DNA of 53,313 bases from an uncultured Bacteroidota bacterium (GTDB lineage Bacteria; Bacteroidota; Bacteroidia; Bacteroidales; CG2-30-32-10), in assembly GCA_903847905.1 (NCBI GenBank), contig CAINEZ010000350.1, positions 1 through 53,313 on the forward strand, given 5' to 3'. Position 1 is the stretch's first letter, and each line of letters starts with the position of its first letter. This document shows positions 1 through 9,559 of the stretch, one piece after another. Under the pieces are notes generated by a model. The model was given only the letters and a program-made list of their open reading frames with translations. It was not told where the DNA came from and made no database searches. Both the position numbers and the translations under genes were made by a program.

Positions 1-1
1 A

Positions 2-1255
2 TTTTCTTCTAAAAACAAAGAGATACCAAGATATGCGAAGTACTCTGGTGAGAATTTAGATGAATTTGTTAGAAAGCATAATTTGAGTATAAGTCAGTTA
101 GAGAAATTTAATAAAAAGAAATTATATGGATTTACATTTATGGATAGCTATCAAAAGAAACAAAAACAAAAAAGCCTTATTGGTTCGGATCTTATTATAG
201 GTCATAATAGTGAATCAAAAGATAAAATTCAAAATAGAGTCTCCTATGAAATTCAAAAACCAAGGATAGAAAACATAATAGGTGATGCACATTTTGAGCT
301 TCAAAAACCCAAAATATTTAGTGCCGATTCACAAAATAAAAATTTTGAAGTATTCCAGCAATTGGAATCAATGGAGAGAAGAATCCTTAATAAAATAGAC
401 GATCTTTCTTCAGATAGAGAATCTTCACAGAAAATTCTTAGTCTGCAAAAAGATATTGAGTCAATGAAAGAGAGAATAAATCAATCTAATAATGAAAAGG
501 AAAGGATAAAGATTGAGCATGATAATGTTCAATCAGAATTATTAAAAACCAAAAAAGAAAAGCAACAAGTTGAGCTAGAATATTCGCGTCATACAGAGAA
601 GGTAATATTCCTTGATTTTCTTGAACCTTATGCACGGGTTACATCTGAGTATTTTGCAATTGCTAAGTCGGGCTATCAAAGAGCTTTGGAATTATATGAA
701 AAAATAAGCGATACTGATTCGAAAAATTCTATTATAGTTGCACAACTAATACTTAAGTTTCAATTAAATATTCCATTAAAAACTGGTAACTGGGAAGAAA
801 TATTATTTGAAATTAAAGAAAATAAAGCAACATCAAATTCTGATTTGATAAGAAGTTTTAAACAAATTCCAAATAATGAAGAAAAGTTGAAAGAGTTTAA
901 GAGAATTCTTTTTAAAGATGTTTTTGAAAGATACGCAAGCTGTCTTATGATACTTGTTGAAGAATTGAGTAGGCTATCTAAATTTACGAATAGCTCTAGT
1001 GCTATTATTCAAGAGATTGAACAATATTATTTAAAGTTTTCATTAGAGTTGAAAAATAAAACAAAGGCAATTGGTTTAGATTTGAATTATGTACCATTAT
1101 TTGAAAATTATGAGAAATATGCAGCTTTCACAAAGTTGGCAAACCAAAATTGTAGTTTGCCGTATAAAGGCATTCAACACATGGAAAAAGATACCGTGTT
1201 AGAAATAATTAGTTATGGATTTGGTAATGAGGAAACAAAAGTAATTTTAGCATAA
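2..1255 (+). CDS. coiled-coil protein of unknown function; 5' end runs off the window (first visible gene of the tubulin-like operon)
   Basis: The frame of ORF 83..1255 stays open back to base 2 (FSSKNKEIPRYAKYSGENLDEF...), so the TTG at 83 is unlikely to be the start. It has a charged heptad-like stretch (SLQKDIESMKERINQSNNEKERIKIEHDNVQSELLKTKKEKQQVELE). The stop lies 2 nt before the next ATG. Confidence 0.6.
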   Translation, partial: FSSKNKEIPRYAKYSGENLDEFVRKHNLSISQLEKFNKKKLYGFTFMDSYQKKQKQKSLIGSDLIIGHNSESKDKIQNRVSYEIQKPRIENIIGDAHFELQKPKIFSADSQNKNFEVFQQLESMERRILNKIDDLSSDRESSQKILSLQKDIESMKERINQSNNEKERIKIEHDNVQSELLKTKKEKQQVELEYSRHTEKVIFLDFLEPYARVTSEYFAIAKSGYQRALELYEKISDTDSKNSIIVAQLILKFQLNIPLKTGNWEEILFEIKENKATSNSDLIRSFKQIPNNEEKLKEFKRILFKDVFERYASCLMILVEELSRLSKFTNSSSAIIQEIEQYYLKFSLELKNKTKAIGLDLNYVPLFENYEKYAAFTKLANQNCSLPYKGIQHMEKDTVLEIISYGFGNEETKVILA

Positions 1256-1257
1256 TT

Positions 1258-2460
1258 ATGAAAGTACTGTTTAATAATTTTGGAAAATATATAAAAACTG
1301 CAGAATATAGTTCTATAGAATTCTGGCTATTTCCAATAGTGACTATATTAGTAATATGGTTGATTACAATTATTGGGTTAAAGATTTTTTCAAAAAGAAA
1401 AAAACTCAAATCTATTTTCATTATACATAAGGCATGGATTTGTAGTTCATTGATTGTTGCAACAATTATTATTGGTTTGATTTGCTATTGGTGGTCAATA
1501 AATTTTTTTTCAGAGAAACCATTGCAATTATCATTACTAATCAGTCTTTTTATATCGCTCATTATTTCTATTATTAGCTTTCTTTCTTTAAGAAGATATT
1601 TTACTATTGATAATATTAAGGAAATTGTTCAACAACCTAAAACTCAAAACCAACTTGAAGAAACCATTACTTATACTAAAAAGACATACAGAAAAAAGAA
1701 ACTTTGTTATTTCATATTGCTTGTTGGATTTTTAATGTTGTTTTTTGTACTTAATAAAGGACAAAACCTGATATCAATTGTATTCGATAACTCTGGCAGT
1801 ATGGAAAGTAAGAATGCAACAGAAGCATTGTCTGAAACTTTTGACAACCTTGATAAAAACAATGAAATAATGTTAACAACATTAGAGGGCTTAAATGAAA
1901 ACTCTGTGGGTGGTAAGAGTTCATTAAATGAGATTTTAGCAATAAAAAAATATTCAAATTTACAGGCAGGTAATGTTGTTTTTTTTCCTGATCCTGCATC
2001 AGCAAAGGCAGGGCTTAATCAAATTTCAAATCAATGTTGGGGGTCTCCAATCTGCGAGTCAATCTGGAAATCATTCTTATTTATTAAAGAAACAAAAGCT
2101 AATGATAATTATAAAAATAAACTTTTGATAATTATTACCGATGGGGTGGATAATGTGAGCAATACAATACTTAATAATAAATTCTTTTTTGATAATCAAG
2201 ATTTTGTTGAATATTTCCCTCAGGATAAAGTTTTTATTATCGATTATTCTGGAGGAGCAATGAATCCATTTTTGCAGAAGTTTCAGGATGAGGGTTGTAA
2301 TAGTTATAATGTAACTAATGATAAGCAAGATTATATTAATGCACTGGATACAGCACTTAAACCATTTAAAAATAACTGGTATTTGATTTACTGGACAATA
2401 ATAATCACGGGTTTAATGACCCTTATTGCACTCTTTATTCAGCCCAAAAAAATAATGTAA
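1258..2460 (+). CDS. polytopic membrane protein with von Willebrand factor A (vWA) domain
   Basis: Several N-terminal hydrophobic helices are followed by a MIDAS-type DxSxS (ISIVFDNSGSMES) and LLIIITDGVDN. There is a C-terminal hydrophobic helix (WYLIYWTIIITGLMTLIALFI). The gene is tightly packed with its neighbours. Confidence 0.8.
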   Translation: MKVLFNNFGKYIKTAEYSSIEFWLFPIVTILVIWLITIIGLKIFSKRKKLKSIFIIHKAWICSSLIVATIIIGLICYWWSINFFSEKPLQLSLLISLFISLIISIISFLSLRRYFTIDNIKEIVQQPKTQNQLEETITYTKKTYRKKKLCYFILLVGFLMLFFVLNKGQNLISIVFDNSGSMESKNATEALSETFDNLDKNNEIMLTTLEGLNENSVGGKSSLNEILAIKKYSNLQAGNVVFFPDPASAKAGLNQISNQCWGSPICESIWKSFLFIKETKANDNYKNKLLIIITDGVDNVSNTILNNKFFFDNQDFVEYFPQDKVFIIDYSGGAMNPFLQKFQDEGCNSYNVTNDKQDYINALDTALKPFKNNWYLIYWTIIITGLMTLIALFIQPKKIM

Positions 2461-2462
2461 AC

Positions 2463-3602
2463 ATGAAAAAAAGTATTTTAATTACATTCTTTATTATCTT
2501 TTCATTTTCTTTATTTGCTCAGGATAATGTATTTGTACTTGTTGATATCTCCACATCGATTAAACAACATGAGCTTGAAGATGCGCAGCAATTAGTGAAA
2601 GATTTATTATCTGGGAACACTATAAATACAAATAAGTTTAAAGTTGATAATACACTTCCAAATTATACTGTAAAAACAGGTAATAAAATCATGATTATGC
2701 CTTTTGGCGACAAAACAACAATCATGAATTATATCCCCTTAATTAATACAATTAATAGTCAAGCGGATGTTAATAATTATATAAATTTATATTTTCCTGT
2801 TAGGCCCCATGACCCATGGACTTATATTTCTCTTGCCAAAGCACGTCTGGCTGAGATAGCAAAACGAAACAACATCAACGATTACAGGTTGATTATTGTT
2901 TCTGATAATACTTCTGATGCATATGGTGGGCATCCTAATTATAGTCTATTTGAACAACAATTAGTTGATGGATATAATACTAGTAATAATCCAGTAACTG
3001 AAAACCCTGGTATAAGAATAAAATTATTATCAAATAATGCATTTTCAGTTTTTGTTCAATCAGTAAATGTTTCTAGTTATAAACCACCCTCTATTAGCAA
3101 TGCTCAGAGTATAGATTCTATTAGTGCTCCTTTGAAAATCGAATTAACATCCTATAAAGGTGGTACAACTCAAAAGCCAATAATTGTAAATAAGAATAGT
3201 TTCCCATTAACATGGTTTTGTAAATCAGCGCCAACTAATGCAAAATATAAGATTAGTATTAGTCCTATAGATAACTCTGAGGAAAAATCACAAATTCTGC
3301 ATGCACAAAATTCTCCTTATAATATTCCTAATATAGCAGATGGTAGATGGAGGATTACTATATCTTCAGATAACTCAAGTTTTAATGCTTCATCGGATAG
3401 TACAACTATTGAAGTTAAAAATGGAAGTTCATTATGGATTTTATGGGTTTTACTAGTTCCTGTTTTGGGTGGTGGTGGATATTGGTATTGGAAAAAAACG
3501 CAAAATGATAAATTGAAAAAACTGAATGCTCTTTCTAATAGCGGTAGTTTTAGTACTGGTTCAACAATAAATACAAATTCTGACAATTCTGGTTATTTTT
3601 AA
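2463..3602 (+). CDS. exported, C-terminally anchored vWA-like protein
   Basis: Signal peptide MKKSILITFFIIFSFSLFAQ. DxSxS motif in VFVLVDISTSI, and RLIIVSDNTSD. C-terminal TM LWILWVLLVPVLGGGGYWYW followed by a Ser/Asn-rich tail. The ATG lies 2 nt after the previous stop. Confidence 0.7.
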   Translation: MKKSILITFFIIFSFSLFAQDNVFVLVDISTSIKQHELEDAQQLVKDLLSGNTINTNKFKVDNTLPNYTVKTGNKIMIMPFGDKTTIMNYIPLINTINSQADVNNYINLYFPVRPHDPWTYISLAKARLAEIAKRNNINDYRLIIVSDNTSDAYGGHPNYSLFEQQLVDGYNTSNNPVTENPGIRIKLLSNNAFSVFVQSVNVSSYKPPSISNAQSIDSISAPLKIELTSYKGGTTQKPIIVNKNSFPLTWFCKSAPTNAKYKISISPIDNSEEKSQILHAQNSPYNIPNIADGRWRITISSDNSSFNASSDSTTIEVKNGSSLWILWVLLVPVLGGGGYWYWKKTQNDKLKKLNALSNSGSFSTGSTINTNSDNSGYF

Positions 3603-3606
3603 TACT

Positions 3607-3990
3607 ATGGAGAACTTATTTTTTAACACTGATTATTTAAGCTTTCAGCAAACATTATTAAAGCTGATGCTTATGCTGGCTATAAGTGGTTTCATTATTT
3701 ATTTATTGTTCTTTATTTTTTCGAAATTGCTTTATAGAAAAAGCAAGTTTAGAAGGGAAGCTATCCTTAGATTGATCTTTTTATGGTCTTTATTTGTTTT
3801 TTTTATCCTTTTCAATATCTATATATTCTTTTTTTTCAACAAGGTAGGTATTGTTAATATGAATTTTACGAAAGCAATCTTTTATCTTGGAATTTTATCC
3901 CAAATAATAATTTATGTGACGGTTATTATTTCCTTTTTTGTAAAACGTCACTTTTTGCAAAAAGTAATTAACAATAACTCATTAAATTAA
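3607..3990 (+). CDS. small integral membrane protein
   Basis: A 127-aa ORF with 3-4 hydrophobic helices, 4 nt after the previous stop and 7 nt before the next ATG. No recognisable motif. Confidence 0.55.
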   Translation: MENLFFNTDYLSFQQTLLKLMLMLAISGFIIYLLFFIFSKLLYRKSKFRREAILRLIFLWSLFVFFILFNIYIFFFFNKVGIVNMNFTKAIFYLGILSQIIIYVTVIISFFVKRHFLQKVINNNSLN

Positions 3991-3997
3991 AGAAAAT

Positions 3998-6391
3998 ATG
4001 GCAACTCCAACTTTAATAATTGGTATTGGTACAAGTGGTCTATACACGCTTGAACATGTGCAGCGGTTTTATTATGAAACGTTTAAGAAAAACAAACCCG
4101 ATCATGTTGAGTATCTCTATATTGAAACAAATAAAGATAATCAAGTAGGAGTAACTCCTTTACCTAACGAAATTCGCAGGGTTTATGTTAGTCTGGGTGA
4201 AATGGAAAAAATGGTTGCTAACTTAAAAAATGACGGTTGTGGCGATTGGTTACCGCCTTCAAATCAAATAGTCAATGCTGGTATGGGTGCCGGTGGTATC
4301 AGGTCTTGTGGACGTTTGGCTCTTTGGGGAAATAACTCTGAAGGTGATAATTTTAAAAATGTCGTTGATGCGATTAATAATGCTTATGGTAGGATTGCTT
4401 CACATACTATCAAAGGTGCTGAAAATGCCAAACCTACAGTATTTATTACGGGTTCATTTACTGGAGGAACAGGATCTGGTATTTTTATTGACATGGGTTA
4501 TCTTCTTCGTCATTTAATTAAAGACATAAAAGAATTGTTCGGTCTATTTCTTCTGCCCAGCAAACCTTCTTCAATACGTGGTTATGAGGTCTTATATGCA
4601 AATAGCTATGGGGCTTTAAGAGATCTTGAACATTTTAATCAGGTTGAATCTGTATATAAAGAAAAGTGGCCTAATGGTGTCAAGAAAGAATTCGCTGTTC
4701 CTCCTTACGAGTTAGTTCAGTTTATCAGTCAGGATTATTATGATGGAAGTCCTGCAATGAGCAATTTGGGCGCATTATATAAAATGGCGGGTTTGTATTT
4801 ATTTTTGAACATTGCAGGAATAAAAGAGAAACGTATGGAACGGTTTGTTGATGCAAAATCCGCCGGTCATATTGATAAGTATGGTTCTTTTGGTCTTTCT
4901 GCTATTCAATTTCCAAAGGACCAAATTCAGGAATACGTTGCCTCAAAATTATCTGTTGATTTGATTAATCGTTGGACAGACTCAGCTCAATATTTTTCAA
5001 ACAATGAAAAGAAACCAATAAATGTTGCTGTAATTACCCAAAATACAAATAAAATTTTTGATGAATTTCTAGAAAATGCATTTCTCACATTAAATAGTAT
5101 TGGCGGTAGAGATTTAATAATTGATATTGAACGGGAAGCTATTAAAATAAATTCAAAAGATATAAAAGGAATTCCGGTTGATTATATTTCTCAAATGTTT
5201 ACCAGTTCTTCAAATAGTAACTTTTATTGTTTGGTTAAAAACAACATTCAATCAGCAGTTGATTCATTAATTGATGATATTCACGATTTAATCGTAAACA
5301 AACTTAATGAAACCGAAAATTTATATTTTACTAAACATGTTTTAGAATCAATCAGTCAAGTAATTGAAAAAACTCTGGAATATTGGAAACAATTAGGTCT
5401 CTCTTCTAAATCTGACATTTGGGAAAATATTCTACGCGAACAATGCGGTATAACTCAGAAAAATACTTATAAGAGTGTATTAGAGCAGAATTCTGTTTTA
5501 AAAGATAGGTTACTTGCTATTTTTGAAATTATGAAGATGCATTTGTTTATTAAAGGCATGATTGATATTGTACGCCATATTTCAAAAGAAGAGATTCCCT
5601 TCAAATCTTCTGTTTCAAATAAAGAGTTACCAAAATTAAAAACTATCGATTCTTTTATTCGGAATCTATCTGAAGTTACCGGCAGAGTTGTTTCTCAAGA
5701 CAATATTTTTACTTTTGAAAGACGAATAAAAAATATTGAACAAGATGTTAATGACGAAACATTACCTATTTTAAGAATTTATCCATCAGAATCATTTGTG
5801 AGTGAAACAGAAAATGCAAAACGTATTTATATTCAAAAAACAAATAATAATGCAAGGACAAAGGATGAGGTAATTACAACTTCATCTTTATGGGATTATT
5901 TTGTGAAAATTTCAAAATCACGTTTTCATGACGAAATCTATCGTGATTGTTTAAATTCATATAGGAAAAACATTGAATTAAAGGATTGTGTTCCAGATTT
6001 TGATGTTGCTAAGTATATTATTAGTCGACCTGAAGCAGGTATTAGAATTGCAAAAAGATCGCTTTCTCCATTCATTGCAATTGAAAAAATTCTTTCAAAT
6101 TCGGCATATCTTCCTAAATTTATTGCAGGAGGTGAATTAGGTTCTATTAAGGAGGTAATAAAAGTCTTTCAATTAAATAATTTCAATGATTACCCAGAAT
6201 CTAATGATCGAATGCTGGAGTTAAATGAACTAAAAAATATTTTGATTTTCTATGAGGAGAAAGGTGGATTTAATTTATTAAGCGATTTGAGTTATATAAA
6301 ACAAATGGAAGATGTCTATAAGAACCCATCTAATAATGAGAATAAGACTCCTGAAAGATGGACGAATGAGCGTAATGCGTATTTGTATTAA
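3998..6391 (+). CDS. non-canonical tubulin/FtsZ-superfamily GTPase-like protein (797 aa)
   Basis: N-terminal glycine loop LIIGIGTSGLYT, and TGSFTGGTGSGIFIDMG containing the tubulin signature GGTGSG. No TM segment. A long, mostly helical C-terminal extension is unlike FtsZ. Confidence 0.8.
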   Translation: MATPTLIIGIGTSGLYTLEHVQRFYYETFKKNKPDHVEYLYIETNKDNQVGVTPLPNEIRRVYVSLGEMEKMVANLKNDGCGDWLPPSNQIVNAGMGAGGIRSCGRLALWGNNSEGDNFKNVVDAINNAYGRIASHTIKGAENAKPTVFITGSFTGGTGSGIFIDMGYLLRHLIKDIKELFGLFLLPSKPSSIRGYEVLYANSYGALRDLEHFNQVESVYKEKWPNGVKKEFAVPPYELVQFISQDYYDGSPAMSNLGALYKMAGLYLFLNIAGIKEKRMERFVDAKSAGHIDKYGSFGLSAIQFPKDQIQEYVASKLSVDLINRWTDSAQYFSNNEKKPINVAVITQNTNKIFDEFLENAFLTLNSIGGRDLIIDIEREAIKINSKDIKGIPVDYISQMFTSSSNSNFYCLVKNNIQSAVDSLIDDIHDLIVNKLNETENLYFTKHVLESISQVIEKTLEYWKQLGLSSKSDIWENILREQCGITQKNTYKSVLEQNSVLKDRLLAIFEIMKMHLFIKGMIDIVRHISKEEIPFKSSVSNKELPKLKTIDSFIRNLSEVTGRVVSQDNIFTFERRIKNIEQDVNDETLPILRIYPSESFVSETENAKRIYIQKTNNNARTKDEVITTSSLWDYFVKISKSRFHDEIYRDCLNSYRKNIELKDCVPDFDVAKYIISRPEAGIRIAKRSLSPFIAIEKILSNSAYLPKFIAGGELGSIKEVIKVFQLNNFNDYPESNDRMLELNELKNILIFYEEKGGFNLLSDLSYIKQMEDVYKNPSNNENKTPERWTNERNAYLY

Positions 6392-6408
6392 TTAAATTCT
6401 ATCGTAAA

Positions 6409-7167
6409 ATGTTTACTGGTGTTACTGAATATATTCATGAAAATAACAGGGTTTCTATTCTGAAAAAAATAAGAATTGTTACTGCTCTTTTTATTTTAAC
6501 AATACTACTACCCTTTATAATTTATTTTCTTTTCTATTTTGGAATAGTAACTGGTAAAGGGGCTTTTAATTCTAACATTCAAGAACCTGTTGCAAAAGTA
6601 ATTGTAAGAGATGGTGTTGGAACAGCATTTTTAATAAGTCCTACCACTTTATTGACAGCTAGACATGTTGTCGAAAATTATAAAGTTGGTGATCAGGTTG
6701 ATTTGATTTTCGAACATTCAAAAAATCAGTTTCAAACAAAGGCAATAATTAAATTTATTACACCCACAACACAACTGACCACAAATGACGCTGTACCTCT
6801 TGATTATTTTTTGTCAGACGTTGCAATATTGGAAATACCTGAAGTAAATGATATTACACCATTAGTTTTAGGAGAATCAGATGCCGTCGTAAACCTTGAT
6901 GAAGTGATATTAATCGGATATCCTAATGGAGATTATTCTATTACAAAAGGAAATATCAATAGCAATACATATCAAGGTTTAAACCTTTTTAAGTTGGATG
7001 CAGCATCTAATCCTGGCAATAGTGGCGGGCCATGTATTCGTAAGGATGACAATACTGTAATTGGAATTTTAGTAGGAGGTAGTTTAATAGCGAAACAGGG
7101 CGAAAATATCGCAGTGAAAATAGATGATGTGAAAAAAATTTTAGAAAAGGCGAAGATAAATTATTAA
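6409..7167 (+). CDS. membrane-anchored trypsin-like (chymotrypsin-fold S1) serine protease
   Basis: An N-terminal TM (IVTALFILTILLPFIIYFLFYFGIV) follows KKIR. The catalytic residues occur in H-D-S order: LLTARHVV, SDVAILEI, GNSGGP. Confidence 0.85.
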   Translation: MFTGVTEYIHENNRVSILKKIRIVTALFILTILLPFIIYFLFYFGIVTGKGAFNSNIQEPVAKVIVRDGVGTAFLISPTTLLTARHVVENYKVGDQVDLIFEHSKNQFQTKAIIKFITPTTQLTTNDAVPLDYFLSDVAILEIPEVNDITPLVLGESDAVVNLDEVILIGYPNGDYSITKGNINSNTYQGLNLFKLDAASNPGNSGGPCIRKDDNTVIGILVGGSLIAKQGENIAVKIDDVKKILEKAKINY

Positions 7168-7190
7168 TTAATCGAAATCGTTTTAAAAAA

Positions 7191-7226
7191 TCTGTATGCC
7201 TCCGAATACAGAATATAATCTTTTTC
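7191..7226 (+). terminator. possible intrinsic terminator of the tubulin-like operon
   Basis: A 7-bp stem TCTGTAT/ATACAGA with an 8-nt loop. The T-run (TTTTT) starts only 8 nt after the stem, so this is weak. Confidence 0.4.
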
Positions 7227-8059
7227 TTGAAAATAGGAATTAGTATATAAATTCGACTGTTAAAGAAAACCTAAGCGCATAATTGATACTTCTTATAATG
7301 GTAATTTGCTTTCTAATATATGTGAATTGCACGAATTAATATTTTTTTTTTCTATGAATTTTGTTAATTATTTAAAACTTTATAATTTAGTTTTTTTAGT
7401 TGGGAAAAAAATCGGTTTTTAAATTGATTCATAGTATTAATAAATGTATAATTTATACGAATAAAATCTCAAAATCTTCTGAAGAGCCAATCAAGTAATA
7501 ATCACAAGTGGTTTTTATGAGTTAATTAACTTTCGATTTCAGTTTATTGAATGTTAAGACTATAAATATCAATATCCCCCTTTTTAGGTAGATTGAAAAG
7601 ATGCTGCAAAATGTTACTGATAATTTTTGTATATTCGATTCAGAAGGATTAAAAGCGCTAAATAGGTACAATACCATGCGGTATATACGTTATTATTTTA
7701 TTGAAAAAAGTTAAGCAGAATATATGATAAAATGAGTATTTTGAATTTTTCGCTCTTGTTTTTTAATAATTAATGAACGTAATTTGTTAACCGCAATTTA
7801 ATAAAAATATAATCAAATGATGAAGTTGAATTTTCAGTTTGGTTTAAATTTTTCAAGATTCCTTTATGAGGTTTTTACAAAAGGAAATAATTGTTTATTT
7901 GCTAATGCCAATTTTTGCGCTAAAAAAACTTATCCTACAAACAGGAAACTTTTACCACAATTAATTCTCTTTATAATCCAGTATTTTTTTTTTATTTTAG
8001 GCAATGCTTTGTCAAAGGATTGTTGGAAAAATTGAAACAAGAAAATTTTTATAGTATTT

Positions 8060-8118
8060 GTGGATACCAGAGACCACTATAATAAACGGGGCGGAACTGA
8101 AAAGCCAAATGAGTAGGG
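8060..8118 (+). promoter_or_regulatory. conserved upstream element, copy A (short form)
   Basis: GTGGATACCAGAGACCAC-TATAATAAACG-GGGCGGAACTGAAAAGCCAAATGAGTAGGG. It ends 22 nt before the ATG at 8141. Confidence 0.7.
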
Positions 8119-8140
8119 AAAATAAATAAGAATTATCATT

Positions 8141-8452
8141 ATGGATGAAATTCAAAATCAACAAGATCAGTCTACTCAAACTATAGTTATTAATCAGATT
8201 AAAAAGAAATCAAATGGATTAGGTACAGCAGGTTTTATTCTTGCATTAATAGCAGTTTGTTTAAGCTGGATTCCAATCATACAAATGGTAGGAGGGGTAC
8301 TATGGTTTCTGGGCTTATTATTTTCCTTTATCGGAGTATTTAAAGCCCCCAGAGGTTTAGCTATTGCAGGCTTAATAATTTCCTTGATTGATCTGATTAT
8401 ATTAATTGCAGTATTTGGAGCTCTCTTAGGGATTGGGTCTATATCACATTGA
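8141..8452 (+). CDS. small membrane protein (2-3 TM, DUF4190-like look)
   Basis: A polar N-terminus is followed by GLGTAGFILALIAVCLSWIPII, VLWFLGLLFSFIGVF and GLAIAGLIISLIDLIILIAVFG. Element copy A lies upstream. Confidence 0.6.
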   Translation: MDEIQNQQDQSTQTIVINQIKKKSNGLGTAGFILALIAVCLSWIPIIQMVGGVLWFLGLLFSFIGVFKAPRGLAIAGLIISLIDLIILIAVFGALLGIGSISH

Positions 8453-8470
8453 AGTATCATAAAGAATAAA

Positions 8471-8552
8471 GTGGAGACCAGAAACCACTAAAAAAAACGG
8501 CCTAATCCGATAGGATTATCGGGGGGCGGAACTGAAAAGCCAGATGAGTAGG
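8471..8552 (+). promoter_or_regulatory. conserved upstream element, copy B (long form with inserted hairpin)
   Basis: GTGGAGACCAGAAACCAC-TAAAAAAAACG-[GCCTAATCCGATAGGATTATCG]-GGGGGCGGAACTGAAAAGCCAGATGAGTAGGA. The inserted hairpin is TAATCC/GGATTA. Confidence 0.7.
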
Positions 8553-8567
8553 AAAAATATAAAGAAT

Positions 8568-8963
8568 ATGGACAATAATAAATTTAATAATTTCTATTCA
8601 AAGAAATCGGTAAGTGAATTATTAGGACAATTGCGTTCAAATAGAATGACTGGGGCTACAATGGATAAGGAATGGTATGAAGGTTTAATAGCACATCTTC
8701 GTGAAAGAAACTTATCATTTCAAGAAAGGAATATGTTTGAATATATTATTTCTACAGATCCGGAAACTCTTATGACCGAAAGTGAACCCCGAATAGTTGA
8801 AGAAAATATTAATAATAATAAAATGGCTCTAATAGATGAGCATGAAAAGTGGTACCATAATTGGGCTGCTATATTTTTTACAATTACTGCTGCAGTTACT
8901 ATTGGAGTGGTAGTTGGTATTATAATTATAGGAACATTACTTAGTAAAAAATTAGGATTTTAA
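8568..8963 (+). CDS. tail-anchored membrane protein, unknown function
   Basis: The ORF track starts at 8544, but that ATG is the invariant ATG inside the conserved element. The next in-frame ATG is 8568 (MDNNKFNNFY...). There is a single C-terminal TM (AAIFFTITAAVTIGVVVGIIIIGTLL). Confidence 0.55.
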   Translation: MDNNKFNNFYSKKSVSELLGQLRSNRMTGATMDKEWYEGLIAHLRERNLSFQERNMFEYIISTDPETLMTESEPRIVEENINNNKMALIDEHEKWYHNWAAIFFTITAAVTIGVVVGIIIIGTLLSKKLGF

Positions 8964-9056
8964 TTGAAACCTGTCTATAATAAAGTTCCTCATATTTGGT
9001 GGTTGGCACCGCCTTCATGGAAATATGAAATGAGATAATAATTGAAAATAAACAAA

Positions 9057-9551
9057 ATGGAAATAATAAATGTTTTATTAATGGCAGGGGGAGGTTCAGG
9101 AGGTAGTAGCATATGGTCACAATTTGTCGTTGGAATATTATTTGTTTTAATTTTTGGCTTTTTCTTTATTAGAAATCGGAAAAAAAACAAAAACAATCCT
9201 AAGATTAAGCGTGAAGGAATACCTCCTCAAAAGAAATTGACAATAGGTATTATCATATTTGTGGTTGGTATTGTTTCAATAATAATTGCAGCTATATTTC
9301 CATCTGACGGTTCAGCACAAAAAGAAGAAGAACGCTATTTTTTATATATTCCAGGTTTTATAATCTTAATAGTTGGTGCAATTAATATAGCTGTTAATAT
9401 TGGCCGTATTACCAAACAAAATAAAGTAATTCCTGAAATAAAAGACAATACTGACCAATTTGACAAGCTTGAAAAATTAGCAAAATTAAAAGATCAAGGT
9501 GTAATTACTGAAGAGGAATTTATTGAACAAAAAAGAAAAATATTAAATTAA
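9057..9551 (+). CDS. membrane protein with C-terminal SHOCT-like domain
   Basis: The track start at 9042 is TTG; the first ATG is 9057 (MEIINVLLMAGGG). It has 3 TM helices. The C-terminus DQFDKLEKLAKLKDQGVITEEEFIEQKRKIL matches the SHOCT pattern. Confidence 0.6.
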   Translation: MEIINVLLMAGGGSGGSSIWSQFVVGILFVLIFGFFFIRNRKKNKNNPKIKREGIPPQKKLTIGIIIFVVGIVSIIIAAIFPSDGSAQKEEERYFLYIPGFIILIVGAINIAVNIGRITKQNKVIPEIKDNTDQFDKLEKLAKLKDQGVITEEEFIEQKRKILN

Positions 9552-9559
9552 AAATAAAA

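Noticed and set aside
4275-4517. 80-aa alternative-frame + strand ORF inside the tubulin-like gene
   Set aside because: It overlaps the region encoding the GGTGSG signature in the main frame and has no independent support.
7817-8035. 72-aa ORF in the 0.9-kb AT-rich spacer after the protease gene
   Set aside because: Low-complexity Phe/Leu/Asn-rich product, with no motif and no start context. It is probably non-coding spacer, and I found no structured RNA there either.
8985-9041. Possible eleventh, highly degenerate copy of the upstream element before 9057..9551 (ggtggttggcaccgcc...atgaaatgagata)
   Set aside because: There is only a vague resemblance: a short GGTG/CACC palindrome and ATGAGATA. 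The invariant GGGGCGGAACTGAAAAGCC block is absent.
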